This document shows positions 1-9,721 of a stretch of 64,000 bases of DNA, in pieces. The translations under genes and the position numbers were made by a program. The DNA is from Candidatus Latescibacterota bacterium (GTDB lineage Bacteria > Latescibacterota > UBA2968 > UBA8231), in NCBI GenBank assembly GCA_965248355.1, contig OZ252098.1, positions 5,248,001 to 5,312,000 on the forward strand, given 5' to 3'. Within the stretch, counting starts at the first letter, position 1. Every line of letters begins with the position of its first letter. Below the pieces are notes generated by a model. It did no database searches, had not been told where the DNA came from, and saw nothing but the letters and a program-made list of their open reading frames with translations.

Positions 1-1094
1 TCTCCCTGGGGACCTGATCCTCCTCACCACTTCCTTCGTCCTGATCCCGGGATCCGAGTTTGAAAGGTGGGTATTGAAGGGACTGAGAAGGTCCAGTGGC
101 CCGGTTACCTGGTCGGAAGCCTCCGCCCTGAGAGAGCTCAATCTCGGTCGCCAGCAAATCGTCGACGTGAGTCCCCTGGCCGCCCTGACCGGGTTGGAAC
201 GCCTGATTCTGAATGACAACGAGATACCCGATGTGAGCTCTCTTGCGCACTTGGCCGGCTTGCGAGTCCTGGAGCTGAACAAGAACCGGATCGTCGATGT
301 GAGCCCTCTCTCCGGCCTGACCCGCCTGGTAGAGTTGCGGCTGGGTGCGAACCAGGTCGTCGATGTGAGCCCCTTGTCCGGCCTGTCCAACCTGGAACAG
401 CTGGATCTGTGGCACAACGAGATCATCGATGTGACCTCTCTGGGCGTCTTGGCCAGCTTGCGGTCGCTGCACCTGGGCTACAACGAGATCGTCGATCCAA
501 GCCCCCTGGCGGCGTTGACCAACCTGGAAAATCTGGCGATATGGAACAACGAAATTGCCGATGCGGGCCCTCTGGCCGCCTTGAACAACCTCACATTCCT
601 GGGTCTGAGCGGGAACCCGGTCGTCGATGTGAGCGCTCTGTCTGCCTTGACCCAACCTGACGGATCTTGACCTGGTCCGGAACGAGATCGTCGACGTGAG
701 TCCCTTGGCCTCCCTGACCGGCTTGAGAACGCTGTTCCTGACTGACAACGAGATCGTTGATGTGAGTCCCCTGGCCTCCCTGACCGACTTGGAAGAGCTG
801 GGGCTGTCCAGGAACCGGATCGTCGATATGAGTCCCCTGGCCTCCCTGACCGGCTTGATAACCCTGTTCCTGAATTACAACGAGATCACCGATGTGAGCC
901 CACTGGCCTCCCTGACCAACCTGGCCTGGCTGTGGCTGCGTGGCAACGAGATTGAGGACATCAGTCCCCTGGTAGCCAACACCGGACTGCGAAAAGGCGA
1001 CGAGTTGGACTTGCGAGACAACCCCCTCAGCGGCCTCGCCATCAAGGAGCAGGTCCGCGCCTTGAGAGACCGGGGCGTCATGGTCTCCTGGTGA
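1..1094 (+). pseudogene. Internalin-like leucine-rich repeat protein, 5'-partial, split by a +1 frameshift near 651-653 (ORFs 74..670 and 696..1094)
   Basis: 22-aa repeats LxxLxLxxNxIxDVSPLAxLT. The frame is open from base 2. Removing one C from 'acccaacc' restores TNLTDLDLVRNEIVDVSPL into the 696..1094 frame. Ends in a typical cap (NTGLRKGDELDLRDNPLS). Confidence 0.85.
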
Positions 1095-2140
1095 GTGGAC
1101 CTCCGACCCGGCCTGTCCCGCCCCTCGTCCGAGCCGGAGTTTTTCTGTCCCTGACCGCCACCGCCACGGCGGCGCAGACGGAGTTCCCCTATGCCGCCGG
1201 CACCGACAGCACCGGCCGCGCGCAGGCGGTGAGCGATGCCGCCGGCCGGGTGCTGATCGAGTCGCCGGAGTTCCCCCGCGGCCTGTGGCTGGACCTGGCG
1301 GACGAGGCGGGACAGGCGGTGGCCGGCATGCAGGTTGAGTACCAGGGCCGGGCGGACAGCCTGATAGCCCTTCGCTGCGTCGATCCGTCCGGTTTGCTCC
1401 AGGAGACGCTGCTGTGGGCGCGCCCCGGAGGGGACCCCCTGCGCCTCGCGCTGAGGACCAGTGAGCCCGCAGACCTGCCGGCGGGACTGGCCGCCATCGA
1501 CTGGCGGGTCCAGCCGGGCGCTGAGATGCTGGTGCAGGAGGAAGGGCAGGAGCTCACGGGCTGGGAGGCGGTAACCGCCTTTCTGCAAGAGCGCTGGCGG
1601 GGCCGCACGGGGCGGGTGGCGGTACAGATCGACAGCAACACCGCACTGGCTCTTGACCTGGCGCACGCGGAGCCTGCCGCCCGGTTGGTCGACTACCTCC
1701 AAGACCAATACCGGAGATCACTGGGAGAAGTGAGCGGCTTTCTTGTAGGTACTCCTGAGTCCCTACGCACTGGGCGAAAACCTGGCTCTCCTCGAGGACT
1801 CGATTGCTCTCACCACGTCCTTCGTTCTGGTCCCGGGATCGGACTTGGAAAAGTGGGTATTGACGAGACTGCGCAGATCCAGGGGTCCGGTTACCTTGTC
1901 GGAAGCCTCTGCCTTGACAAGACTCGATCTCACATGGCATCAGATCGTGGACGTGAGCCCTCTGGTCTTTCTGACCAGCTTGGAGAGTCTGGGGCTGTCC
2001 GAAAACCGGATCGTCGATGTGAGTCCTCTGGCCTCCCTGACCCGCCTGAAATGGCTGCGCCTTGGCAACAACGAGATCGCAGAGTTGAGCCCTCTGGCTT
2101 CCTTGACCCGCCTGGAATGGCTGATCCTGAGGGAGAACCG
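1091..2140 (+). pseudogene. Second, paralogous secreted LRR protein; frameshifted at ~1748-1790 and truncated at ~2140
   Basis: GTGA overlap with the upstream stop and a signal-peptide-like N-terminus. The +1 frame encodes TTSFVLVPGSDLEKWVLTRLRRSRGPVTLSEASAL, which matches TTSFVLIPGSEFERWVLKGLRRSSGPVTWSEASAL of the first gene, followed by 3-4 LRRs. Confidence 0.75.
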
Positions 2141-4160
2141 GCGCCTGCACCACACCAGTCCGGGAGCGAAGAGTCTCGCCGAGTGGGTCGGCGAGAACGG
2201 GGAGCTTCTCGAACTCGAGGATGATGGAGAAGAGGAGGAGGATGACCCGCAGGTGTACGAGAGAAAGCTGTCCGCGAGGGAATGGCGGCGCCTGAGGGAG
2301 ACTCTCGAGGGGGCCCACTCCGTCTGCGAAGGGGCTCCGCCCGACCGCACGGCGCAGCGGCTCCGGCTTCTCGGACGGGAGATGGACCTGGCGACGGAGG
2401 ACGTGGCCATCCTCGAGTTGCTGTTGCGCTACCGCGCCCAGCCGGCCCTGGAGTCGCTGATCGATGCCGTCGGTGATGGTCTCCGGCGCCACAGGTTGAC
2501 TCTCAACGTCACCAACCCCTACTTGGTCTGCCTTCTCGGCCTGTCGTCCGGCGCCTTCCTGTCCCGTTTCACGGCGGACGCGCCGCTCATGAAGGCCGGG
2601 CTCGTCTCCGTCGACTACGATGGCGACCTGGAGCCCGTCAAGAGGCTGTACCGGCTGGTCCACCTCCCCGACGAAGACGGCCTCGATGTGCGGGGCCTGC
2701 TGCTCGACGCGGCGGCGCCGGGAGAGCTGGAGTGGTCGGACTTCGATCACCTGGCGGAGGAGCGGGACCACATCGAAAAGGTCGTGAAGGGCGCTCTGCG
2801 CTCCGGCGCCAGGGGGGTGAACGTCCTGGTATACGGCCCGCCGGGGACGGGCAAGACCGAGTTCTGCAAGAGCCTGGCCGCCCGGCTCGGGACGAACCTC
2901 TACAGCGTCGGCGAGGTGGACGAAGAGGGCGACGAGCCGGCCCGGCGCGAGCGGCTCCAGGACCTCCGGTTCGCCCAGCGCCTGCTGGCCGGGGGCCGCG
3001 GGTCGGTGCTGCTCTTCGACGAGATGGAGGACCTGCTCTCGGACCCGGGCCCGGGCTGGATGCCGTTCGCTCCCTTCGGCTCTTCCAAGCTGCGGTCCGG
3101 CGGCTCCAAGGTGTTCCTGAACCGCCTCCTCGAACGCGCGCCCGTGCCCACCCTGTGGACCTCGAACTCCGCCCGCGAGACCTGTCCCACCGTCCTGCGC
3201 CGCATGACCTTCGCCCTGGAGCTTCGGCCGCCGCCGTGCCGGACCCGGGCGCGCATCTGGAGCCGGGAGCTGGCCCGCCACGGGATCGAGGCGGCCGAGG
3301 AGGACGCGCACTCGCTGGCCCGGGAGTTCGAGGTGGCGCCGGGACTGGCCTCCGGGGCCGTGGCCGCGGCCCGTCTCTGCGGCGGCGACCTGGCCGCGGT
3401 GCGCCGCGGCGTGCGCAGCCTGTCCCGGGTGATCTCGGGCGAGAAGCCGCCCGTGGGGCAGGGGGCGCCTGAAAGGTTCGACCCCGCCCTGATCCGGGCC
3501 GACGTCGACCCGGTCCGGCTCGCCGAGCGCCTCGAAGGGACCGGCAAGAAACGCTTCTCCCTCTGCCTGCAGGGGCCGCCCGGCACCGGCAAGAGCGCCT
3601 TCGTCCGCTATCTGGCCGAACGCCTCGGCCTGCAGGTCACCCAGAAGCGGGCCTCCGACCTGATGTCCATGTGGGTGGGACAGACCGAGCAGCAGATCGC
3701 CGCCGCCTTCGCCGAGGCCCGCGCCGAGGAGTCCATCCTCGTCTTCGACGAGGCCGACTCGCTGCTGGCCGACCGCCGCGGCGCCGTCCGCTCCTGGGAG
3801 GTCAGCCAGGTCAACGAGATGCTGACCTGGATGGAGAACCACCCCCTGCCCTTCGCGTGCACCACCAACTTCGGCGAGCACCTCGACCCCGCCACCCTGC
3901 GGCGCTTCACCTTCAAGATCGCCCTGGGCTACCTCACGTCCGCCCAGTCGGGAGCCGCCTTCCGCGCCTATTTCGAGGTCGAGGCCCCGCCCGAAGTCGA
4001 GGAGCTCACCACCCTGACCCCGGGCGATTTCGCGGTGGTGCGCCGCAAGGCGGAGATCCTCGACCACCTGCAGGAGCCGAAGGCCCTGGCCGGATTGCTG
4101 CGCGCCGAGTGCGAGGCCAAGCCGGGCCACCGCGGCAAGATCGGATTCCGGAACCTCTGA
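1845..4160 (+). CDS. Double-domain AAA+ ATPase, fused in frame to LRR repeats at its N-terminus
   Basis: Walker A GPPGTGKT and GPPGTGKS; Walker B LLFDEMED and LVFDEADS; PATLRRF arginine finger; C-terminal KIGF. Confidence 0.85.
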   Translation: MEKWVLTRLRRSRGPVTLSEASALTRLDLTWHQIVDVSPLVFLTSLESLGLSENRIVDVSPLASLTRLKWLRLGNNEIAELSPLASLTRLEWLILRENRRLHHTSPGAKSLAEWVGENGELLELEDDGEEEEDDPQVYERKLSAREWRRLRETLEGAHSVCEGAPPDRTAQRLRLLGREMDLATEDVAILELLLRYRAQPALESLIDAVGDGLRRHRLTLNVTNPYLVCLLGLSSGAFLSRFTADAPLMKAGLVSVDYDGDLEPVKRLYRLVHLPDEDGLDVRGLLLDAAAPGELEWSDFDHLAEERDHIEKVVKGALRSGARGVNVLVYGPPGTGKTEFCKSLAARLGTNLYSVGEVDEEGDEPARRERLQDLRFAQRLLAGGRGSVLLFDEMEDLLSDPGPGWMPFAPFGSSKLRSGGSKVFLNRLLERAPVPTLWTSNSARETCPTVLRRMTFALELRPPPCRTRARIWSRELARHGIEAAEEDAHSLAREFEVAPGLASGAVAAARLCGGDLAAVRRGVRSLSRVISGEKPPVGQGAPERFDPALIRADVDPVRLAERLEGTGKKRFSLCLQGPPGTGKSAFVRYLAERLGLQVTQKRASDLMSMWVGQTEQQIAAAFAEARAEESILVFDEADSLLADRRGAVRSWEVSQVNEMLTWMENHPLPFACTTNFGEHLDPATLRRFTFKIALGYLTSAQSGAAFRAYFEVEAPPEVEELTTLTPGDFAVVRRKAEILDHLQEPKALAGLLRAECEAKPGHRGKIGFRNL

Positions 4161-4259
4161 GCGGCTGATGGGTATATTCTGAGATAGAGCGGCAGCGTCT
4201 GCCCCGATCCACGCGTGCCCACGTAGGCGGCCGCAGGCACCGCAACGAGGAGGCTTCCC

Positions 4260-5054
4260 ATGCCCACCCGATACATCGCATCTCTCCTCCTGCCGGCCCT
4301 GATCCTGGCCGGCTGCGACCGTTCCACGGACCCCGACGAAGGATACCTCGAGATACGGGAGGTGACCGTCGGCCCCGCCCTGGCCAAGTGCTACGGCGTG
4401 GGCCTGCAGTCCTGCATGGTGGTGGACGGCGGGTTCTTCTACGATGGCATCGAAGGCTTCGAGTACGAGCCCGGCTACGACTATCGCCTGCGCATCGGGA
4501 AATACGATCCCTGGGACGGGAAGGAGCCGCCCCAGGATGCCGGCCAGTACGCCTACCGCCTGCTGGAGCAACTGCAGAAGACCCCGGCACCATCCACCCC
4601 CGCGACCTTGTCCGTGGGCCCGGCGCGGGTGACATGCGCCGGCAGCGACGACTTCTGCATGGTGGTGGACGGCGTCCCGTACGACGACATGATCACCAGC
4701 TTCGAGTACGAAGCCGGCTACCACTACATCCTCGAGGTCAACAGGTATGCCGACGGCCGCTACCTGCTGAGTGAGATCACCTCGAGGAGCGAAGCGTCGG
4801 GTGCGGAGGAGGAGATCACAGTGGATGCCCACAGGGTCGAGTGCGGCGACGGCTATCCCGGGTACTGCAAGGTCGTCAACGGCGCCCCCTTCCGCGGCGA
4901 GATCGTGGGCTTCCACCCCTGGCACGACTACGGCTACCGTCTCCGCGTCGAGAGGTTCAGCATGTTCGTGGACGGCGCGGAAGCCTCGTCGGCCCATGTC
5001 CCGGCCCACGGCTACCGCTGGCTGGAGACCCTGGAGCGCACTCCCAGGGAGTGA
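4260..5054 (+). CDS. Lipoprotein with three DUF4377-like repeats
   Basis: RBS gaggagg and lipobox LAGC. Three repeats of the pattern VGP..C..C.VVDG..Y..I.GF.YE.GY.Y.L. Confidence 0.8.
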   Translation: MPTRYIASLLLPALILAGCDRSTDPDEGYLEIREVTVGPALAKCYGVGLQSCMVVDGGFFYDGIEGFEYEPGYDYRLRIGKYDPWDGKEPPQDAGQYAYRLLEQLQKTPAPSTPATLSVGPARVTCAGSDDFCMVVDGVPYDDMITSFEYEAGYHYILEVNRYADGRYLLSEITSRSEASGAEEEITVDAHRVECGDGYPGYCKVVNGAPFRGEIVGFHPWHDYGYRLRVERFSMFVDGAEASSAHVPAHGYRWLETLERTPRE

Positions 5055-5170
5055 TTCGCCCCTGACCTGCCACAGGTGAGCACCGGCTGGCTCGAGTCGA
5101 CTCGGGCCGGCCGATTGTCGTTCTGGTGCAGGCCGGGCGAATCGCCCTCCCGCTGAGAAAGCTGCTGACC

Positions 5171-5204
5171 TGCGACGCGATCTGTCGCACCTCCTGCGCA
5201 GGTT
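5171..5204 (+). promoter_or_regulatory. Palindromic operator/promoter motif, copy 1
   Basis: TGCGACG-cgatc-TGTCGCA-cctcctgcg-CAGGTT, ~50 bp upstream of ATG 5237. Confidence 0.7.
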
Positions 5205-5236
5205 CATCCATGAACCCGAAAAAAGGAGGTGTCCAG

Positions 5237-5645
5237 ATGCGCAGCAGAACTACCTCGACGCTCGTTGTTTCCGCCCTCGTCCTTCTCGCCTGCCAGGGTC
5301 CGGAGGGACCGATGGGGCCGGCGGGGCCCCCGGGGAAGGGGTCACCATTGAGCGGCGGCTGACCGGTTCCCTCTACGACGAGGATGGCTACATCCTCATC
5401 GAGGATGACCGCATCACCCCGACGAGCTTCCGGGCTCTCTACCTCAAGGCCACCGACCTGGAATCCGACTTCGTCATTTACATGCCCCTCGACTATCTGC
5501 ATCGGAGGAGCTGGAGACACCGATCCTCGCCGTCGCCGAGGGCGCGCTCCTGATACAGGATCGCAACAGGGATCTGCTGAGGGTAGCGCTGGAGTCCTTT
5601 CTCGACGAGACGGTCATCCACCTGGCGGTTCTGGTGGCGCGGTGA
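5237..5645 (+). pseudogene. Small lipoprotein with collagen-like GPx linker and two frameshifts (~5340, ~5500)
   Basis: RBS aaggaggt, lipobox LLAC, GPEGPMGPAGPPG. Protein-like sequence continues in shifted frames (VTIERRLTGSLYDEDGY..., then ELETPILAVAEGALLIQD...LVAR*). Confidence 0.6.
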
Positions 5646-5652
5646 AGGTCCC

Positions 5653-8616
5653 TCAGAACCGCAGCCCCACCTGCCCGAAGACCAACCGCCCCACCTCCGG
5701 GGCCCCGACGAAGGACTGGTAGGGCTGGTCCAGCACGTTGCTCGCGTCGATCTGCAGCACGATGTCCTGCTCCAGGGGAAGCTCGCAGCTCAGGTTGAGG
5801 TCCAGCACCGTGTAGGTATCCACCACGCCCGCGTACACCCCCGAGCTCATGCGGAAGGCATCGGTGTAGCGCATGCGGCCTCCCACCGTCAGTCCCAGGT
5901 CGGCGAAGTCGTAGTCGAGCCCCAGCTTGGTCTTGTGCCGGGGCGCGTTGAGGGCGACGTCGGCGCCGCCCTCGGCGCCTGCGTATTGCAGGTTCTCGAA
6001 CCAGTTGTCGTCCACGAAGGAGTAGTTTCCCGTGAGCCGCAACGGGTCGGTGGGGTACCAGGCCAGGCTCAGGTCGATCCCGCGGATGGTGACGGCCTCG
6101 AAGTTGCGGTAGCTCATGACCATCGCATGGGGATCGGAGGCCTGCTCGGGTGAGACCGTGCCGTAGGGAATGGCCGCCGCCCCCGCGGTGAGGAGGCCGG
6201 CCATCTCGTCCACCGGCGTGCCGTTGTTGTTGCCCTGCACCACCCCCGGCACCTGCGCCGAGTCGAGGGCCGCAAGGGCCGCGGCCAGCTCGGCGTTGTC
6301 CGGGTCGGCCAGGGCCTGTGCGATGCCCTCGCCAAGGGCCTTCCCCAAGCTCTCGGGATCGAGGAAGACGTTGGGCGTCACCACCGACACGGAGCCCACG
6401 AAGTTCTCGACCCGTGACTGGTACACGTCGGCGGCCACCACCACTTTGTCGGCCACGACCCCTTTGTAGCCCAACTCGAAGGTCTGGGTGACGGCCGACT
6501 GGATGCGCGGCACGTCGTGGGCGGTGACCGGCGTGGTGCCGTCGGCCTCCACGAAGAAGAAGGACTGTCGATTCGGGTCGGGCTCCTCGCCGAGGGGCTC
6601 GGTCTCGATGTTCAGCCGGCCCAGCCGGTTGCGCAGCCCGGGCAGCTGCTCGGGCACGATGCCGGGCAGGTCGGCGGCCAACTGGCCGGCCGCCGCCTGG
6701 GCCTCCTCGGCCCCCATGCCCCGGTCCATCAGGGCTCCGGCGGCCAGTTGCTGGAAGGCGGGTCCGAGCTGGGCGAACACCGCCTGCCGGCCGATCCCCC
6801 ACATGACGTTGGTGAACAGCGGATCGTGCAGAGGCAGGTACTGGTCGGCGGGCAGACCGGCCATCGGCGCGAAGGGGGAGCGGAACAGGGGACGGCCGTT
6901 CTCGTCCCGCCGGAAGGTGAAGCCGTACTCGCCGCTTCTGTAGTTCCCCTGGGTCCACACATCGATTGGACGGAACTCCCCCAGGCCGAGGGCCGCGAAG
7001 ACCGGCGAGAAGGTCGGGCCCAGGCCGAAGGGATCCCGGCTCGTCGGCAGGTCGAGGTAGAGGTTGTTCGACGTGGGCGTGCTGAAGGCCCGGTTGTAGG
7101 TCAGCCGCAGCGTCTGGGTCTCCCGCGGTTTGTACACCAGGGCGGCCCGGGGCGACAGCTCGGGATCGGCGAGGCGGCTGTGGTGGTCGTAGCGCAGGGC
7201 CAGGACCAGGTCGAGGGGATCGCCGAGGGCGGTCTCGCTCTGCACGTAGCCGCCGACCTCGTTCAGGTCGTCGTCGTCTTCGTTGCGGCCCATGATCGTG
7301 CCCTCGGTGTCGGGCCGCGTCAGCAGGGCGTCGACGCCGTAGGTGAAACGCTGTCGCGGACCCAGCCGGGAGGTGTGCTGCGCCTGGAGCACGGTAAGCG
7401 ACGACCGGTCGACGACGGGCACGCCCGTGCGCAGCAGGTACGTGCCGCCGGCGTCGCTCCAGTTGCGGAAGGCCTGGACGAACCAGTCGCCCCAGAGCAG
7501 CCGCAGCTGCGTGTAGTTGTACTGCCAGTCCACGGTCTGGGAGGCCCCCACGCCGGTGAGCCCGAGGATGTTCGCGTTGTTGTGCCCCGCCGACAGAATG
7601 GCCGTCAGGTCGTCGGAGGCCCGCCAGTCCAGGCGCGCCTCGAGGCTCTGGTTGCGGGTGTCGGGATCGCGCTCCTTCAGGGACGGCAAGTCGGCGCCGG
7701 CGGTGATCTCCGCCTGCCGCCGCTGCCGCGCCTCCACCTCCTCCCGGTCGGTGTACTCCCACTCCGTCCCGGTGTAGTATCGCGCCGAGAGCTTGTAGCC
7801 CAGGTCGTCCCCCATCTTGCCGGCGTGGCGCATCTCGGTCTTGCGCAGATCGCGCTCGCCCAGCCCCAGGTAGACATTCGTGCCCTGCGAGGTGAGGGGC
7901 GAACGGGTGATGACGTGCATGACCCCGTCGGCGCTGTTGGGACCGTACAAAGCAGACCCAGGCCCCAGGACCACCTCGATGCGCTCCACGTCCTCGTTGG
8001 TGAGAGGGATGAAGTTCATGGCGTTGACCCGCAGGGAGGGCACGCGCGCGATGCGGTTGTCCGTCAACGTGAGCAGGGAACCGGAGAAGATGTTGTTGAA
8101 GCCGCGCACCACCACCATGTTGGTCGCCAGTCCCGTGCGGGCGAAGTCCACCGCCGGCAGGTCCTTGACGTGGTCGGCCACGGTCAGGGCCGGCTTGTTG
8201 CGCACATCGCGGCCATCGACCACGGAGACCGAGGCCGGGGCGTCCAGGATCTTCTCCTGCCGGCGCGAGGCGGTGACCACCTTCTGCCCGAGATAGAGCA
8301 CCTGCTCCACAAGGACCGCCTTCAGCCGCGTGGTCTCGCCGGCCCGCACGCGCACCGCTTCCCGTTTCTCGGTCCTGTAGCCGACAAAGGTGATCTCCAC
8401 CTCGTAGGTGCCCGCGGGCAGGGCGATGCGGAACCGCCCCTCCTCGCTGGAGATGCCACCGCTGCCATCCGGCAGGGCCGGTCCCCGTACGGCGATGCCG
8501 GCGCCGTACAGGGCCCCCCCATCCTCCCCGGTGACCGTGCCTTCGATGTAGCCCCTCGGCTGGGCCCAGGCGGCCCCGCAGGCCAGGATCAGCAACAGAA
8601 ACGGGAACTTGCTCAT
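5653..8616 (-). CDS. TonB-dependent receptor with N-terminal carboxypeptidase-regulatory-like domain
   Basis: Signal peptide MSKFPFLLLILACGAAWA; plug motifs VVTASRR and RIEVVLGPGSALYG; C-terminal VGLRF. Confidence 0.92.
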   Translation of the reverse strand: MSKFPFLLLILACGAAWAQPRGYIEGTVTGEDGGALYGAGIAVRGPALPDGSGGISSEEGRFRIALPAGTYEVEITFVGYRTEKREAVRVRAGETTRLKAVLVEQVLYLGQKVVTASRRQEKILDAPASVSVVDGRDVRNKPALTVADHVKDLPAVDFARTGLATNMVVVRGFNNIFSGSLLTLTDNRIARVPSLRVNAMNFIPLTNEDVERIEVVLGPGSALYGPNSADGVMHVITRSPLTSQGTNVYLGLGERDLRKTEMRHAGKMGDDLGYKLSARYYTGTEWEYTDREEVEARQRRQAEITAGADLPSLKERDPDTRNQSLEARLDWRASDDLTAILSAGHNNANILGLTGVGASQTVDWQYNYTQLRLLWGDWFVQAFRNWSDAGGTYLLRTGVPVVDRSSLTVLQAQHTSRLGPRQRFTYGVDALLTRPDTEGTIMGRNEDDDDLNEVGGYVQSETALGDPLDLVLALRYDHHSRLADPELSPRAALVYKPRETQTLRLTYNRAFSTPTSNNLYLDLPTSRDPFGLGPTFSPVFAALGLGEFRPIDVWTQGNYRSGEYGFTFRRDENGRPLFRSPFAPMAGLPADQYLPLHDPLFTNVMWGIGRQAVFAQLGPAFQQLAAGALMDRGMGAEEAQAAAGQLAADLPGIVPEQLPGLRNRLGRLNIETEPLGEEPDPNRQSFFFVEADGTTPVTAHDVPRIQSAVTQTFELGYKGVVADKVVVAADVYQSRVENFVGSVSVVTPNVFLDPESLGKALGEGIAQALADPDNAELAAALAALDSAQVPGVVQGNNNGTPVDEMAGLLTAGAAAIPYGTVSPEQASDPHAMVMSYRNFEAVTIRGIDLSLAWYPTDPLRLTGNYSFVDDNWFENLQYAGAEGGADVALNAPRHKTKLGLDYDFADLGLTVGGRMRYTDAFRMSSGVYAGVVDTYTVLDLNLSCELPLEQDIVLQIDASNVLDQPYQSFVGAPEVGRLVFGQVGLRF

Positions 8617-8818
8617 CTTGTGTTCCCTCCGTGAAAAGGCGGGTCGGGTGTCTCCTGCCCGCCAGAACCCGCTCGGCCGGCCGCGCTCCGGATGCACTTC
8701 CAGGCCGGTTGGCGCCAAGTCAAGACAGGCCCATCGAGCCCGTCAACGCTCAGCCAGCGGCCACTGTGAAAAGCGGCGAGTTCCCGGCCGCGCCCCGATG
8801 CCCTGGGCACCCCCTCCT

Positions 8819-8852
8819 TGCGACATGATCTGTCGCACCCCCGGGGCAGGTT
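8819..8852 (+). promoter_or_regulatory. Palindromic operator/promoter motif, copy 2 (perfect)
   Basis: TGCGACA-tgatc-TGTCGCA-cccccgggg-CAGGTT upstream of ATG 8902. Confidence 0.75.
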
Positions 8853-8901
8853 TCCATTTCCGCAGAGTCGCTTTCGGAATTCAACGAAAGGAGGGGACAC
8901 C

Positions 8902-9354
8902 ATGAGAGTCCTTGCCAGGGGAGTGCTTGTACTTGCCGTGTTGTGGCTGCCGGTTGGATGCGGCGTCGGGAAACTGCTGGAGCTGGAGGCCCCGGGGGGG
9001 ACGCCGGCCCTGATGACGAGGGTGCTCATCGTCAAGGAGGGAGGCGGATACAAGATCCAGTACTCCCTTCAGGACGGGGACCTCGCCGATACCTCGGCCG
9101 ACGGCACGCTGAGGGTGACCTTCGTCGACTATGGCAACGAAGGCAGAGTCTTCTTTGCGGAGACGTACGAGGTGGAGAAATCGGACTTCAAGAAGTACGA
9201 GACGCTGCTGGGCGGAGAAGTGTGGGGGCACGTGATCATCGTCGGTGCGTCGGAAGTAAGGCAGTACGGCAGCGACATCTTCGCCAGGATGAAGCTGCGG
9301 TTCGAGACCGCGAAGGGTGCGGTCTTCGAGGACGAGGACACGTTTTTCTTGTAG
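8902..9354 (+). CDS. Hypothetical lipoprotein
   Basis: RBS aaggagg; hydrophobic N-terminus ending VGC; protein-like beta-rich body. Confidence 0.75.
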   Translation: MRVLARGVLVLAVLWLPVGCGVGKLLELEAPGGTPALMTRVLIVKEGGGYKIQYSLQDGDLADTSADGTLRVTFVDYGNEGRVFFAETYEVEKSDFKKYETLLGGEVWGHVIIVGASEVRQYGSDIFARMKLRFETAKGAVFEDEDTFFL

Positions 9355-9387
9355 ACCGACACGATCTGTCGCACCCCCGGATAGGTT
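9355..9387 (+). promoter_or_regulatory. Palindromic operator/promoter motif, copy 3
   Basis: ACCGACA-cgatc-TGTCGCA-cccccgga-TAGGTT, starting immediately after the TAG at 9354, upstream of ATG 9430. Confidence 0.7.
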
Positions 9388-9429
9388 CAGACTGCGCAAC
9401 GTAGACGAATCCCAATTCCGAGGAGTGAC

Positions 9430-9721
9430 ATGCCTACCAAGAAGGAATCCAGCCGTCCTCTCCCACCGGTTCAGCGCCTTGAGCTTCGGCAACCACTCGG
9501 AGCTGGTGGCGCGCCGCAAGGAGGAAGACCTCCTGCACCGGCGCCTCGTGGATCACTACCTCGCCTTCTCCAACCTGACGACCGAGGAGGAGGTCGCCGA
9601 GCGGCTGCTGCGCGACGTGGACACCTGGCTGACGCCGGAGGAGGCGGTCGAGGTGGGGATCGCAGACAAGGTGCAGGAGGACCGGCCCGCCCGGCGGGGC
9701 GGGGTGGAGGTGCGGCGATGA
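9430..9721 (+). pseudogene. ClpP-like (peptidase S14) gene remnant with internal deletion
   Basis: RBS gaggag and MPTKKESS, then a frame change to VLSHRFSALSFG...RLVDHY...RDVDTWLTPEEAVEVGIADKV, which resembles the ClpP C-terminal half (His and Asp regions). The catalytic-Ser half is missing. Confidence 0.65.

Noticed and set aside
150..980. 66-bp periodic DNA repeats as a CRISPR or DGR element
   Set aside because: Fully explained by 22-aa LRR coding repeats; no reverse transcriptase in the window.
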